Positions 38,411 through 51,010 of a stretch of DNA of 64,000 nucleotides are shown in pieces. The stretch is from Marsupella aquatica (lineage: Eukaryota > Plantae > Marchantiophyta). Under the pieces are notes generated by a model. That model had not been told where the DNA came from. It saw only the letters and a list, made by a program, of their open reading frames with translations, and ran no database searches. A program made the position numbers and the translations under genes. Numbering within the stretch: the first letter of the stretch is position 1; each line of letters starts with the position of its first letter. The DNA is taken from positions 5,798,476 through 5,862,475 of the forward strand of contig OZ316892.1 of assembly GCA_973895155.1 (NCBI GenBank). Reading direction: 5' to 3'.

Positions 38411-41339
38411 TACTTTTCGGATTTCGGATATCTTTCTGACACATCACACATCACTTTCCTAATCAGATTATTTTGCAGCGCAGCTATGCCTTGCTTGTTA
38501 TCTCTGGGAGATAACTGATATCGTCACTATCTTGTTTTCTATTTCTCAGACCTGATCAGTACATGCCCAGTGTTCCGATTTGTTCTGTACATGTATTTTC
38601 TGCAAGCCTCTTGGAGCATCGAAGTAGACTCCCAAAGGAGAAACAGAAACCTGTCTCTGCCAGAGCCCCTTTCTACATCTAAATCTCAACTTACAAGGAT
38701 AAACGTACAGTTAAACTAAATGAAATCAAATCAATGAACCACACAACACTGAAGAGATGTCTGGGTATATTTTCAAGGGTATGTATCCAAGGACACACAC
38801 ACACAAAAACAACAAAAAAACAATTTGAGGTCTTCACCTTGAGTTTTGAAATATTATTGCCCGTAATGTTCTGAATGGGACATTAATACACTTAAATACC
38901 TTGGAGATTTACAGATATACTATTTTTAGTATAAGAGAAGTTTAGTAATACCCTGGCCCTAATCTGGACCGTGCATTCTTCTCCATGAATGCACTGAAAA
39001 ATACAATTAGTTTGTGGACCTTATATTGGACCTGGGTTGACGACTCTTTTGGAATAGGGGACATTATATACAGAAATTACTCAACCCCTAACAATGGAAG
39101 TGACAAAGGTTTACACCAAATTAGTTCAAGGACCCTTTGGTTATATAAGTTTTGATGTTATTCAACAACTAAGTTAGAACACATGAAGAGTTGCATATCG
39201 GAATAGGTTTGAATATGGAGATGAGAAGAAAAAAAGATTAGATTAATGGAAAAAGAAGAAAAAAAGATTAGATTAATGGAAAAAGTGCATGCACAACGTT
39301 TCGTGGTACTTCTATGTCCATAGATATATTGAGTCCACACAAAATGCTACGGAAGGCAAAGGGTTTCTTAATTACATTCATTTGGTATTTCTTAATTACA
39401 TTCCTTCGGTATTACTTTATCTTTATCCGTAGTAGTAAAAGGGTTTCTTATGTTCCCTTGGTGTTCCTTTTTCCATAATTAGTAACCAAATGGTTTCTTA
39501 CTTTACCTTGGTAAATGTTACACTAGTTGAAAAGTTTCTTTCTACCCATGGTTATTCCCAAAAATTGCTAATTAAATAGAAAATTGTACAATCTACTGGA
39601 AAACACTGATATATCATTCACAACCCATCCGAGGGTTATTTTTTTTACCCCCTTATCACACCTTTCTTTTTTATTTGAAATGTTATTTCTCAGTTTTCAA
39701 TTGTTTTTCTAGTTACAAGGTCTAATTGTTTTTCTTTGACTTGTTTCAAACACATATAGTCTTGGTTGGTGCTTTTTTTGTAGAGAACTTTTCTTGTTTG
39801 TGACCAATAGTGCTGATGTGGTTTGTCATAACTGTATACCAAGTTCATTACATACACTCAGAATATTTTCCGATCCTTTATGTGTTCAGTGATTCATTTT
39901 TGCAAAAACTCATAGTGGTGTCAGTAAGTCAACTGATCTCACAGCTTATTCATGTGGCAATGTTTTACAGTGTCCGGGTCTAATAGATTTTGGTGGCCTC
40001 GAGTCAAATACATGTAGTGTTTGTGTATTGTCACAAACATAGACATCCCTGTTTGTGATGGAAAATGCTGACTTGGCAGCACATGGAGCCAGGGAATTTG
40101 GAAGATACATCTAGTGGGGGGTCACTAAAAGAAATTAAATCACTAAGGGCATTAAGATGTTATTTCATATGTTCCTGGCCACCACAGGTAAAGTCACTCC
40201 TACTGATAAAGTCTGTCAAATTGCAGTGGAGAAAAATAATGTCCAAAAAACTCAAAAAGTTTGGTAAATTCCAATCATTTCAAACCGGGAAAACCGGCAA
40301 GATCAATTATGGTGTGACTCCTCTCTTCAATGTTGAACTGGATAGCCATGGCTCCCGTCAGTTCGACACATCTGTGTCACTCACTTGTACCCAGGTCTCT
40401 TGCCAATTTGGCAGCCCTCTTTTCTTCTCTTTTCTTCCCTTTCTTCCATCTCTGGCTCTTGCTGCAAGCAGTGTCGTGTGCATAACAGAGACCAGCAGAA
40501 GTTCTCCTTACGTGCGTGCTTGGTTTCTCCCTTCCTCTCCGAATCTGGAGTATTTCGAACAATTGGAGAGAGATGGCTGCCTGCTCCCTCTCTGTATTGA
40601 ATCTCTCGATCTCGGATCGATTGAGCACTTCGAAGTTCCCCCCACCAGCATTTCTAGGAGGCTCTTCATGCAACAGGGTCTTCCACAAGGTAGTAACGTG
40701 GTTCATGATCTGGGTCTATCTTTTGAACAATTCTGGAGACTTCATTTTAAGGCCTGGAGTTTTTTCGATGGGATTTTCGGTCCTGTTTCAGTAGTGTGGC
40801 GTGAATTTTGCTTTCTCTTCTAGCATAGCTCCATAGTTTCCCCTTTGAATTCCTATTTTCTGCGGCCTTCCTGAGGTGCTATGTTAATATGATTAGGGGA
40901 GGGAGGGGTTGGTCGGTCTCCTCAGTTTCTGTCATTCGCTAGTCTAGGGAAGAAGTGGAATTTTATATCATTGAAATCTGGAGCATAGGTCAAGGTTTGT
41001 TCACGGACAGAGCCACTCATAGTCCTCGAAGAAGCAGTGGCACAATCCTTTGAACCTGATAATGACAGATGTATTTGATATTTGTGTGTTGTCAAAGTCC
41101 GTCATGGTTTATTGTGGATTTCTTTAGTTCGATAGTTTCGTCTGATCAGCCGCAGTTTGCTTTTTGATTCCGGCAAAGGGAAGGGGTAACTCACATGTAT
41201 TCAAATTGGGGATTTGCATTGGTGTTTGGGACAGTTTCGAGCACCCAGAGTACGTTTCCAAAGTAACAGTCTTGCCTGTGGACACTTGGGCCCGTTGGAT
41301 GGTAGGGCTCTCAATGCAGACAGAGAAAATCTGTTGCAG

Positions 41340-43863
41340 TCTCTGCACGAAATGCTTTACACGAATCCTTGAGCGCCAGAGTGGTTCAAACCAAAAAGTC
41401 AGACTGCGTGCCGCCACCTATCGATTGCAAGGAAGATAGTTTCGGGAGAACAACGTCCAGAGTCATCATTATTGGCGCCATGGTTGGGAGCTTTTGTTTG
41501 ACTACACCTGCCCTGGCGAACTTCCAGGTCTGCCCTCGAGAAGTTTGTTGCATGCACCGCACGCTAAAAATTAGCTAGATCAATCGTATAATCTTCTACA
41601 CGTTCTGGTCGTTTTGGTACCAAGTGGAAGGGACTGAGTGGTCGGAGATTAGAGTTCGTTTATTTAATATTTTCTAGAGCTGTGAAACGAATTTAGGAAA
41701 TACACTGATTGAGGATCAAGTCAAGAATATATATTGTGGGACGCAACGGTTCGTCCTAAATCAACTTCTACATAGGAACGAAGTACTCGTTTTCAACTTA
41801 AAAATTAAGAAAATGTGATTTAAGGGAATTACGGTTACTCCAAGAGCTAGTTCATCACAGCAATTGATTATCTGAGGCAATTCACGCATAAATGCAACAT
41901 ACTCGGAACTTTAATTTGTAGCCTGGTTGATCAGATCCAATTTTGCGTAGAATGGCCTACGTGATGAGAGCTCACCGTTGGTATGAGCTTTCTTAGAGCG
42001 TAACTGGCCCTTGAGCGTGTTGCATGACAGCTTCGTTTCACCTTTCATGCGCTGATGCATGTTTTGATATGGACAGTCTTGTATTTTAGTAGGAAGATTT
42101 CCAAGGGAAAACAATGTTGAGCGGCATGTTTTCTGGGAAGGCTCAAGGTTGATATTTCCAACACGTAGAACTGCTGTTGATTGGAAGGAGGGCTTGTTGT
42201 GGGCAGAGTTATGATCATGCTGAAATGCGTGGCGCCAACATGTCCGGCCAGAATTTGAGTGGAGCAGTATTTGCAGGCACGTGTTGTGATCAAACGAGTT
42301 CTTATATGCCTGCCCAGTTGCCTCAACTGTTTGGCCATGGTTTAAGGGCTTACTCGTTTCTTTTATTCAGAACTGTGAAGTAGGCATTATCGACGAGAGT
42401 TGTGAAGAGTCGCTCAGCATACTGTCAGTTTTTCAAAGATCTGACGACTTTTGCTTTAGTTGACAATTATCCCAAAGATGTATTGACAGAAATGATGACG
42501 ACTGTGCAGCATGTGACTGCAGGAAAATTGATTTGAGTGGCTCAAACCTAGATGGCACCACTGATACCTTTGCTGGATTCCAAGGGGCAGACCTTCGAAA
42601 TACCAGCTGGTATCTTTGATTTACCGAAGCCTCCTTTGTTGGAAGGTCACGTTGTAGCGATGTCATCTATCTTGTGAAATTAGGAACCTCTTCCATTTGA
42701 AAATATGTCCAAACGTAGGGTCCTGTAAAAATCTGTAAACTCCCTCTACTTCCATAATTTGACGCACGAAAAATAAGACACGTGAAGTTGTTCATTGCGA
42801 ACTCATAAACCAAAGAGCGTTTATCGAAGTAAAACACAGAGAGTAGCAGAATGCTATTTTTTTTAACTATCTATTACAGATCTCAGATGAAGGCAGTTTT
42901 CAAGAAGCAATTGTTGTGAGATATCTGCTCTTTCCAAGGCACAGGCTTTGAGATTTCTTGATAATGGAGATTATTATCTAAATCCTTAATGCGAATTGTC
43001 TATGAGAGAAAGGGAAAGCAAAAAGATTACCGAGATTTGTCGATGGTTCCACCGTCATGAGATCACTAAGGAATATCGAGCACATTCCTCTGGAATTAAG
43101 TTGCACTTGCCTCCACAAGTGCACTAGATTATTCCCCGGCAGGTGACTTTGCTTCTGTATTTTGCGCAGGATCCGCGCTTTTGCTGACCGTGTGGTTTTC
43201 CGAGAAGCCAATTTACAAAATGGTCAGTATATTGCCAGCGTATTCAACTTAATCCGTTTGAATACTTCTCTTTATTTCTGCGGTTCTGAACACTTGAGTG
43301 CCTTTGGTCGAGGTTGTGCTTTGATAGTTGTAGTGAGGCATTTGACACTAATTCGGTCGCCTGGACATCGGAAGGTCTCCTTGAAGACAGAACTTTTGGC
43401 ATTTAGAACTAGAACTTATTGCTATGCTTATGAAGTCCCCGTTTTGTTTAATTGACTCGAGCCAATAGAGAATGAAATCCCTGAATGGTGATGTGTTTGC
43501 GTTTTTCTTTGCAGCAAATTTCACAAACGCTGTTCTCAGTGGATCACAATTTGACGGTAAGTTTGCTCTTCAGAGAAATCAAACGTGGATAGGGACGTTT
43601 TATCGACACATCCACATCCGCCTCGTGCAGATTTAACCATATGGACTGTATCTGGGGAAGTGCTAAGCACACTGAAAACGTGGAAAGAGGAAGGAGAGCC
43701 CTCTCATTCTTGTTTCGTTCTGTGGGCAGGTGCGGATATCACGGGAGCTGATTTCACTGACGCCCTCATTGATAATTATCAGCGCTTGAAAATGTGTAAG
43801 AAAGCGAACGGGACGAATCCTGTGACAGGGATTGAGACAAGAGAAAGCCTTTTCTGCAAGTAA
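41340..43863 (+). CDS. Thylakoid-lumen pentapeptide-repeat (Rfr-fold) protein; exons ~41340-41527, 42207-42276, 42510-42609, 43170-43222, 43515-43556, 43730-43863; first exon not resolved (possibly ATG 40348)
   Basis: Hydrophobic signal ending in ALA, then about 20 pentapeptides in register, then C-terminal 'ADFTDALIDNYQRLKMCKKANGTNPVTGIETRESLFC'. Confidence 0.88.
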
Positions 43864-46445
43864 CTATGACAGATTTATAGGTGAAAGAAAATCATTCCTC
43901 TTTGTGTTGTCCTTTGAGTAATGTGGAAATTTCGTCTCCCAGTCTTGTGAGAACGTGAAATGGATCACGTGATTTAAATTCCCCAATTCCTGAAGATAGT
44001 TTGAAATCTTCTAAAACACAATTCCTGTCTATAACACTGTCTGCTCGCAAAGGAAGAGCACATTGTTCATAGTAACAAAACATCCTCTTAATGGAAACTA
44101 AGAAGCAAACCAGTTCAATCTCGGCAATCGAACAATGACAGTTGACACTCCTTTTTCCAAAATTTTGAGATCTAGAAACAAGGCTTATTGAAGCCATAAC
44201 GTGGGGAGGTGCTTGAATATTTTGACCCAATTTCGCTGAATTCAATCTCCCAAATTTGTCCAATGACCCAGATGCCTGGTGATAGCAGTCACCCATGATG
44301 CACCATTATGTATCAGACGAGTAATAGCACAGTTACTTCTGCCTCCACAAACACGAACTCAGACCTTCACTTTTGCATCATGCCATAGGCCTTTGGTCAT
44401 TTCCTGAAAGGAAAGCAGAAGGTGCAGTCGGCTCTGAGGAATTTGGATGCAGAGCGTACCTAAATTATCTAGGAATTCAAATATCTAGGCCAGCGAACTC
44501 TGCATTTGGAGCAACACTGAAGAGGAGAGCCAACGTCAAGAAAATTCTTCTCAGCTCTAAAGTAAAGCCTATTTTTCAGTTGAATAGACTGTAGAATCCT
44601 AAAGGAATGTTCGACAAAGCGACCTAGTTTCCTTTCTTCTTTGGGTTTCGGCTTTAGAAGTCCACTGAGTACAGGATTTCAGTAAGTGCCTACTCAACCA
44701 GAGGGGCGAAGGGTAGCATCAAAACCAAAGTTTTTGGTCCTAATGAGAGAGACTATACATGAAAGAGCGGAGAGGACACTTCCAGAAAATCTGGTTACAG
44801 ATGTCATCAGAACAGCTCATATCAAGTGACTTGTCCACTTTGGCATTACATGATGTTGAGAGGAATTCTCCCAATCTTACATGGACTACAGTGGGTCCTC
44901 CACCCCCCCCCCAATCAGGATTTACTGTGTGCAGTTCAGTCTTGGCAGGTCTTTTGAAGTGTCCTCTGGCCTCTGGATTGGTATGAGGTGAGAACAGAAG
45001 TCCCGTACCAGGTCGGCTTTTGCCTGCTCGATCGTGGAAAGTGCCACCGAAAACGATTCTCTGTAACATGATTGTAAGAACAAGATCAGTAACAGTATCT
45101 GCGTAAGTAGGAATTTTTCCCAATTTTGTTTTTGTCTAGAATAGCTAATCTCATTGACCTATTGTCTCTGTGACAACTAGTTCCAAACAACAGTAGTCCG
45201 GTCAGCTAGATCTCTTAAAGCAGATTCGTCAGTGGGCATCCAGTGGGGTTACTTAGGAGCTAGATAGTGGCTAATCAGTTAATTAAAAAGTCTAGCGTGT
45301 GCTAGGAGGGGAGCTTGGGACCGCAATTTTGTGGTCGGTGATTTAATTAATAATAGATTTATCCCGACTGCAGCAAGAACAGTTAATTTCCCATAGAGCC
45401 AGTTTCGGACCTCTGCCACACGACGAGTGAAGAAAACAGCTGGTTGTGTCCAAAGCTGGAATTCCAAAGCGAAAGGAAACATCCCTGTACCATTTTTCTT
45501 TCCGAGGTTTACAACATGGCTTTTACGGGGAAGGAGAGATGAGGAACCTATCGGTGAGAGAGAACAGAGAGGAGAATCGGAGGCAAAACCTGGCACCCAA
45601 AGAAAAAGGCCGATAGCCCGGCAGTGCGCACTAACAAGCCCATCGCGAAGCGCACGAGGTCCACGGATTTCTGGGTTTTGTGCTCACGGACTTTCCTCGC
45701 CCTGTAGCCGTCACGTCTCTTATTAAATGTGAGCAGAATAGGCAAGAGAATCGAGACGAGAGAGCATTGACACGAGAAGCAGAGGAACGATTGCATCGGG
45801 CAAGGGCAGAGAATTGTGCAGGGCTGAGATCTGGGAGAACATGTCGATTGCGAAGACGCGATCGTGATAACTGTTTTGATTCTTGGAGCATCGAGACGAG
45901 AGGGGTGATGGGCAGACGGCAGATAATTGCTTCTCGAGCTTATTGATTTAGCTTAGGTCGACTCGGGCGGGCATGGGCTCGACGAGAGAGACAGATATCT
46001 CAATTTCTGCACTCCATTTGTTGAGCTGCTCGTAGCTGAAAGGGCGGCGGCTTTGAATCAAATCTAAATGGCAATCAGGATTGAGCAGCCCGAATGAGAG
46101 CTTGGGAACTGTGGAGTCCCCGTCGTCATTTGTACTCCCTATCAATGGGTGAATCTTGCCTATTTGATTGACGTTTCTGCTGTTTCTGATTCAAGCATTT
46201 CAGACCTACGAAAGAGAGAAGAGTGAAGAAAGGAGACCGTATCCAGAGTTATGTGGAGATTCTCCTGAAGACACTCCTCTGTTACAGACAACGAATTAGT
46301 CCGTGCTTTGAGCTGGGTGGAGAGAGAGCGGATGGGCTCTGCAATCTCCGTCAGAATGAACTAGATTTGACAGGTCAAGTCAGCTGGTTGGGGAGAGTAC
46401 CGGGTGGTCGTGCCTTTGTGAGAGATAGTTTGAGAAACTTTTGAG

Positions 46446-47186
46446 ATGGGGGACGATTTGAAGGAAAAGTTTCTGGGAGGTCAGAGAGACGAAACTTCTG
46501 AACAAGAGGTCGATTTCGACGAACTCAAGGGCTCGCTGGGGCGAATCACAGAGCACATGGCAAAAAAGCAAAACCTGTCTAAGCAGTTCCATGCGGGGAT
46601 CGTCCAAGGAGATACCCGTGCACAATGGCGGAAGGAATTGGCAGAGGGACTAGAATCCACTCCAGTTCATGTGCTCATCGTCTCTCTCTTGCTGATAGAT
46701 CTCTTCGCCACCGCTGTTGATATTCTAAAGACCATCCACAACAAGACTCAAGACTTGGATTCGTGCACAGCGCTCCTCAAAGGTTGCCAGTGCGTTGGCG
46801 AATTCGAGAGAACGGAATCCTTGGAGTTCGTGTTCTGGATCTCGATTGTGATCTTAACGATTCTAGCATTGAATGTTATACTCTTGCTTGTTGCTTTCGG
46901 TCTCTACTTTTTCCGCCACCCTGGTTACATATTGGACGCTTTTGTGGTCGGCACTGCTCTGTTGCTGGAGATCTTTTTGGATTCTGACACGGTGGGATTG
47001 CTAATTATCTTGACGTTGTGGCGTATCGTGAGAGTGGCCCATGGGATTTTCGAAGTGACAGACGAGGCTTGGGAAAAGGAGATCAAACTGTTTGAGAGAA
47101 GGTTGAGTGATGCTGGAGATCTTGTTCGGGATAAAGACAACCGCATTGCAGAATTAGAAAGCTCCTTGGAAGGAAGACGCCCATAG
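46446..47186 (+). CDS. Voltage-gated proton channel Hv1-like (voltage-sensor domain plus C-terminal coiled coil); intronless CDS
   Basis: Four TM helices; S1 Asp (LLLIDL), S3 'LDAFVV', S4 'LTLWRIVRVAHG'; heptad-rich C-terminus; no pore domain. Confidence 0.85.
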   Translation: MGDDLKEKFLGGQRDETSEQEVDFDELKGSLGRITEHMAKKQNLSKQFHAGIVQGDTRAQWRKELAEGLESTPVHVLIVSLLLIDLFATAVDILKTIHNKTQDLDSCTALLKGCQCVGEFERTESLEFVFWISIVILTILALNVILLLVAFGLYFFRHPGYILDAFVVGTALLLEIFLDSDTVGLLIILTLWRIVRVAHGIFEVTDEAWEKEIKLFERRLSDAGDLVRDKDNRIAELESSLEGRRP

Positions 47187-49309
47187 ATCGACCATGGGTA
47201 TGAGGAGTACTACTGATCTGTCTTCCTGACATTGATCAGGTGTTCTATATACATGATATATTAATTTGAGTGTTGGAATATGATGCACCAAATGAATCAG
47301 AGCCCATGCTTTATAGCTCCGAGTTGACTCGTTGGAAGCATGTTCCTAGGTAGGGGGCCGTAATCGATTTTCTAATGCTACACTGCGGGACATAGGATTT
47401 TCAAGGGCTGCAAAGGGATATGTTGGCGATTTTATGTCAAGATTTCTTCTTGCTGAAGAGTTTAGGGAGGCTAGCAAGGACAGTACTTGTTAGCACCCCC
47501 AGGTTATCTTCAATTTATTTATGCTGTCGTAAGCAGCTAGATCCAGTTGTATAGATGGGCATCATGCCTTGACCTGTCACGGCCGCCAATGGTAATGACA
47601 TTGGATAGCTGCAAACGTCGTAGCCGATAGGTAAGGCTGAGGACTGCACTGTTGTCTGTTGTGTTCAATACTTGAAATCGTAGAAGCTCTGAGGCAGATA
47701 ATACTATTGAGACTTGCCATTCAAACCCGTGTAAGTCTATCCTTATTGAATTCCAACGAAATGTCACCTCTTATAAAGATGTAATCCACCTTAATAAACC
47801 ATGTTGGACTAGCAGGGAAACCCAGCCTGGCTTCTGGAACGGGATGAAGGGCAGTATTTTTAGAACAACAGCTGACCAGATAAAAATGGAGTACAGCCCT
47901 TGATAAATGTAACGCTCGTCTCGATCAACTTACAAAAAGACGAAAAGGGGGCAAACGCGAATATAATGGGAGCATTGCACCGACCATGGGCAAAGACTAT
48001 GGGTAAGTTTCAAATATTGCCTAGTGTGAGTGCCCTCTAGATATACTTTCCCGAACAGGACACTTGGCTTGAGAATAAGGTGTAACCAACGAGATAGAGT
48101 AGTGGCCTTATAAGGTCACTGATGTCTTCACCGGGTCTAGAAAATGCATCTCCAAGAGTAGTGTGTGAAGGTGACCGACTCATTCGGGAGAGAAATTTTG
48201 TAACATTGGCTATAGAACGAACGTCCCGGAAGTGTCTAGTCGTTGAACAAAAACAGAATGTTGATCTGCTTTTTATTATAACGGACAGTTAATCACATGC
48301 GGAAGATTTTGAATCTTCAAGATTGTTGTCGAAATGGTAGCTGTGATAATCTATCGTTCCTTATGCATCACCTGTTCCAGAATCAGGCAAAATGGTTACA
48401 AGCATTGCGCTGTTTCCACATATCGAAAATTCTATTACAACTCTTGCTAAGCCATTTGAGAACTGGGAAGATTGATACAATGATCTGATCTGCAGATCGG
48501 GAATCCAATTGAAAGACCATCGGCGCTCACTTCTCTGTGCCAACGAAAACCCAGACGGAATGAATGAGTTGAGTTTAAAGCACTCACTTGTCGAACTAAA
48601 TCCAAAACTATACTAGCGAACTCAATAGTTATGATCCACAGGCTGCCGCTAGAAGGAGATCAGCTGGAAAAGAAACCGCACAAGAAGGACAGATCTTTTG
48701 TAATCTCACTTCCTCACGAACGCCTGCTTGATATTACACTATCTCAACACTTCGTCTAGGGTGAATTCTGGGTGAAAGCCCAATCCGATGATCACGAATT
48801 AATCCTCGAGAAGTGTCAGGACTACAGCATAGGAGTTAATCCAGAAACAGTAAGAAAAGCGATTTGCTCATATACTCGGAGCTGAATCCATCTCCCGCTT
48901 GGACAGCCCAAAGAGAATTCTGCACCCAACTCAGCAACAATTGCAATGAAATATGTTGATGTTGGCCAGAGTCTTCATTGCAGTAGCTTTCAGTTCACAT
49001 TCTCAGATCCTCACATGACCAAAACCTCTTCGGCCCGAACATTCGAGCATTAGACTCTGGCGTCCATAGATAACCAGAGAGTAGGGGCCACTGAAATCAT
49101 GAATGCATCACAGGTCCTCGATGAGAAATTGGAAAATGTTTCAGATCTCCGCCACGGAACATCAACGAAAATAAAAGCTTATACTTCAGCTGTAAGGTAG
49201 ACCTCCGAACCAAGATTGACCATTATTTAGAGTTTCTTTACTCCAAATCGGAGCTGTGTTCGGGTCAAGGAATTTAAAAGCTCGCAATTTTGTGCCCCTC
49301 AAGGAGTTA

Positions 49310-51010
49310 ACTGCCTACTCTTAGGGTGGCTCTACAAGATGAGGGGCACTGAAGTTAAAAACTCGCCTACTCTTAGGGTGACTCTACAAGATGTTGGGAC
49401 ACTGAAGTTCAAAACCGTCTACTCTCAGGGGTTAATCTCCTAGCCTTTTCACATACTAAACAAGCTAATCTCCCAGCCTTTACACGTACTAAACATAGTG
49501 TAGCCCAGCCTTTTCACACACTAAACAAGCTAATCTCCCAGCCTTTTCACGTGCTAAACAAGCTAATCTCCCAGCATTTTCACATACTAAACAAGCTAAT
49601 CTCCCAGCCTTTTCAAATACCAAACATAGTGTAGAAACATTTTCACATACTAAATAGTGTAGGAAGTCTTTTTCTACCAAAGCTAATCTGCTGGCCTTTT
49701 CACCTTCTAAGCAAGCCAATCTCCCAGCCTTTTCACATACTAAACAAGCTAATTTCCCAACCCTTTCACATACTAAACAAGCTAATCTCCCAGCCTTTTC
49801 ACATACTGAAAACTGTAGAAACTACTTTTCTACCAAAGCTAATCTCTCTCATCTTTTCAGATACTAAACAATTTAAAAACTGCTTTTCTACCGAAGCTAA
49901 TCTCTCCACCTTTTCACGTACTAAACACACTGTAGAAATTGCTTTTCTACAGAAGCTAATCTCTCAGCCTTTTCACATACTAAACACAGTGGACCGGGCT
50001 AAAAGAGAGGGAATCCTTTTATCGTCCCCCACTTCCTGTAACGATAACTCAGCAACCCATGCTAGAGTAATTTGCTAAGCGACAAGTTGGCAACCTACTC
50101 CACCTACAAGTCATTGCTACAGTAACTTGCTATAGGGATCAAGTGGCCAGATGGACAGAGGTGGTCTAAAACCTAGGACCAAAATGTGCTTCACATGCTA
50201 AATTTGGGCCCCACTCCATTCCATGTAACATGTGCTTCACATGCTTAACTTGGGCCCCACTCCATTCCATGTAACATGTGCTTCACATGCTTAACTTGGG
50301 CCCCACTCCATTCCATGTAGGAGGCAACAGTTAAGAAGGAAATGGCCCCAAGGTTATGCAAAGTGAATTTGTAATTTTATCTCCCCAATGGATGGCCCTG
50401 ATCACATCTTGGAGACCAGAAAAAATTGAAAATGCCCCAACATCTTTTAAAGCCACCCTTAGAAATATATAGCCCTGCCATCTTAGGGTGGCTTTACAAG
50501 ACTTAGGTGCTTCATTTTATTTTCTCCAAGATTCAATCTGGACCTTGAGTGAAAATGGCTGCAGTTGGCTTTACAAGAACTCGGGTGCTTCATTTTATTC
50601 CCTCCAAGTTTAAATTTGGACCATATAACGAGTAGAAACAGCTGTAGGTGGATTTACAAGGACTCAGATGCTTCTTTATATCCTCCACAATTGAAACTGG
50701 ACTGTGTAATGAGTGGGAACGGCTGTAGTTGAACTTTACAAGAACTTAAGGGCCATCTGTATATTCCACCAATCAGCTACATGGCAAGAAGTGGACCCAA
50801 GTAAATATCAGGAGTTTAGGGTTTAGAATTTTTGACCACCTCCAAATGTGGTCTAAAGATTTCCAAACCCCTTCCTTTGGATTCTAATTTATTGACGTTC
50901 ATTTTAAAAGATTCTTGGTATGGAGACTATCTTTGGAACAAGAAGTGGCCCTCCCATTTGCAGCTTTGGTGAAAAACAGTTATAAGTGCCCCCACATCTT
51001 GTAGAGCCGT
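49310..51010. repeat. Composite repeat block, probably a decayed non-autonomous transposon
   Basis: ~52-bp repeats at 49310-49430, 43-bp x3 at 50184-50319, ~80-bp repeats at 50480-50750. Motif ggct(c/t)tacaaga occurs in both orientations. Confidence 0.6.
49433..49990 (+). repeat. Minisatellite, ~33-bp unit with variant units
   Basis: caagctaatctcccagccttttcacatactaaa repeated more than 10 times, some units interrupted by a tgtagaaac-type insert. Confidence 0.92.

Noticed and set aside
40065-40823. 252-aa ORF as an independent gene
   Set aside because: No recognisable domain. It overlaps the likely 5' UTR, first exon or intron of the pentapeptide gene.
49433-49990. CRISPR-like look of the 33-bp array and the ORF 49489..49719
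   Set aside because: Units are contiguous or separated by mutually related inserts, not unique spacers. There are no cas genes and the context is eukaryotic. The ORF is only a translation of the repeat.
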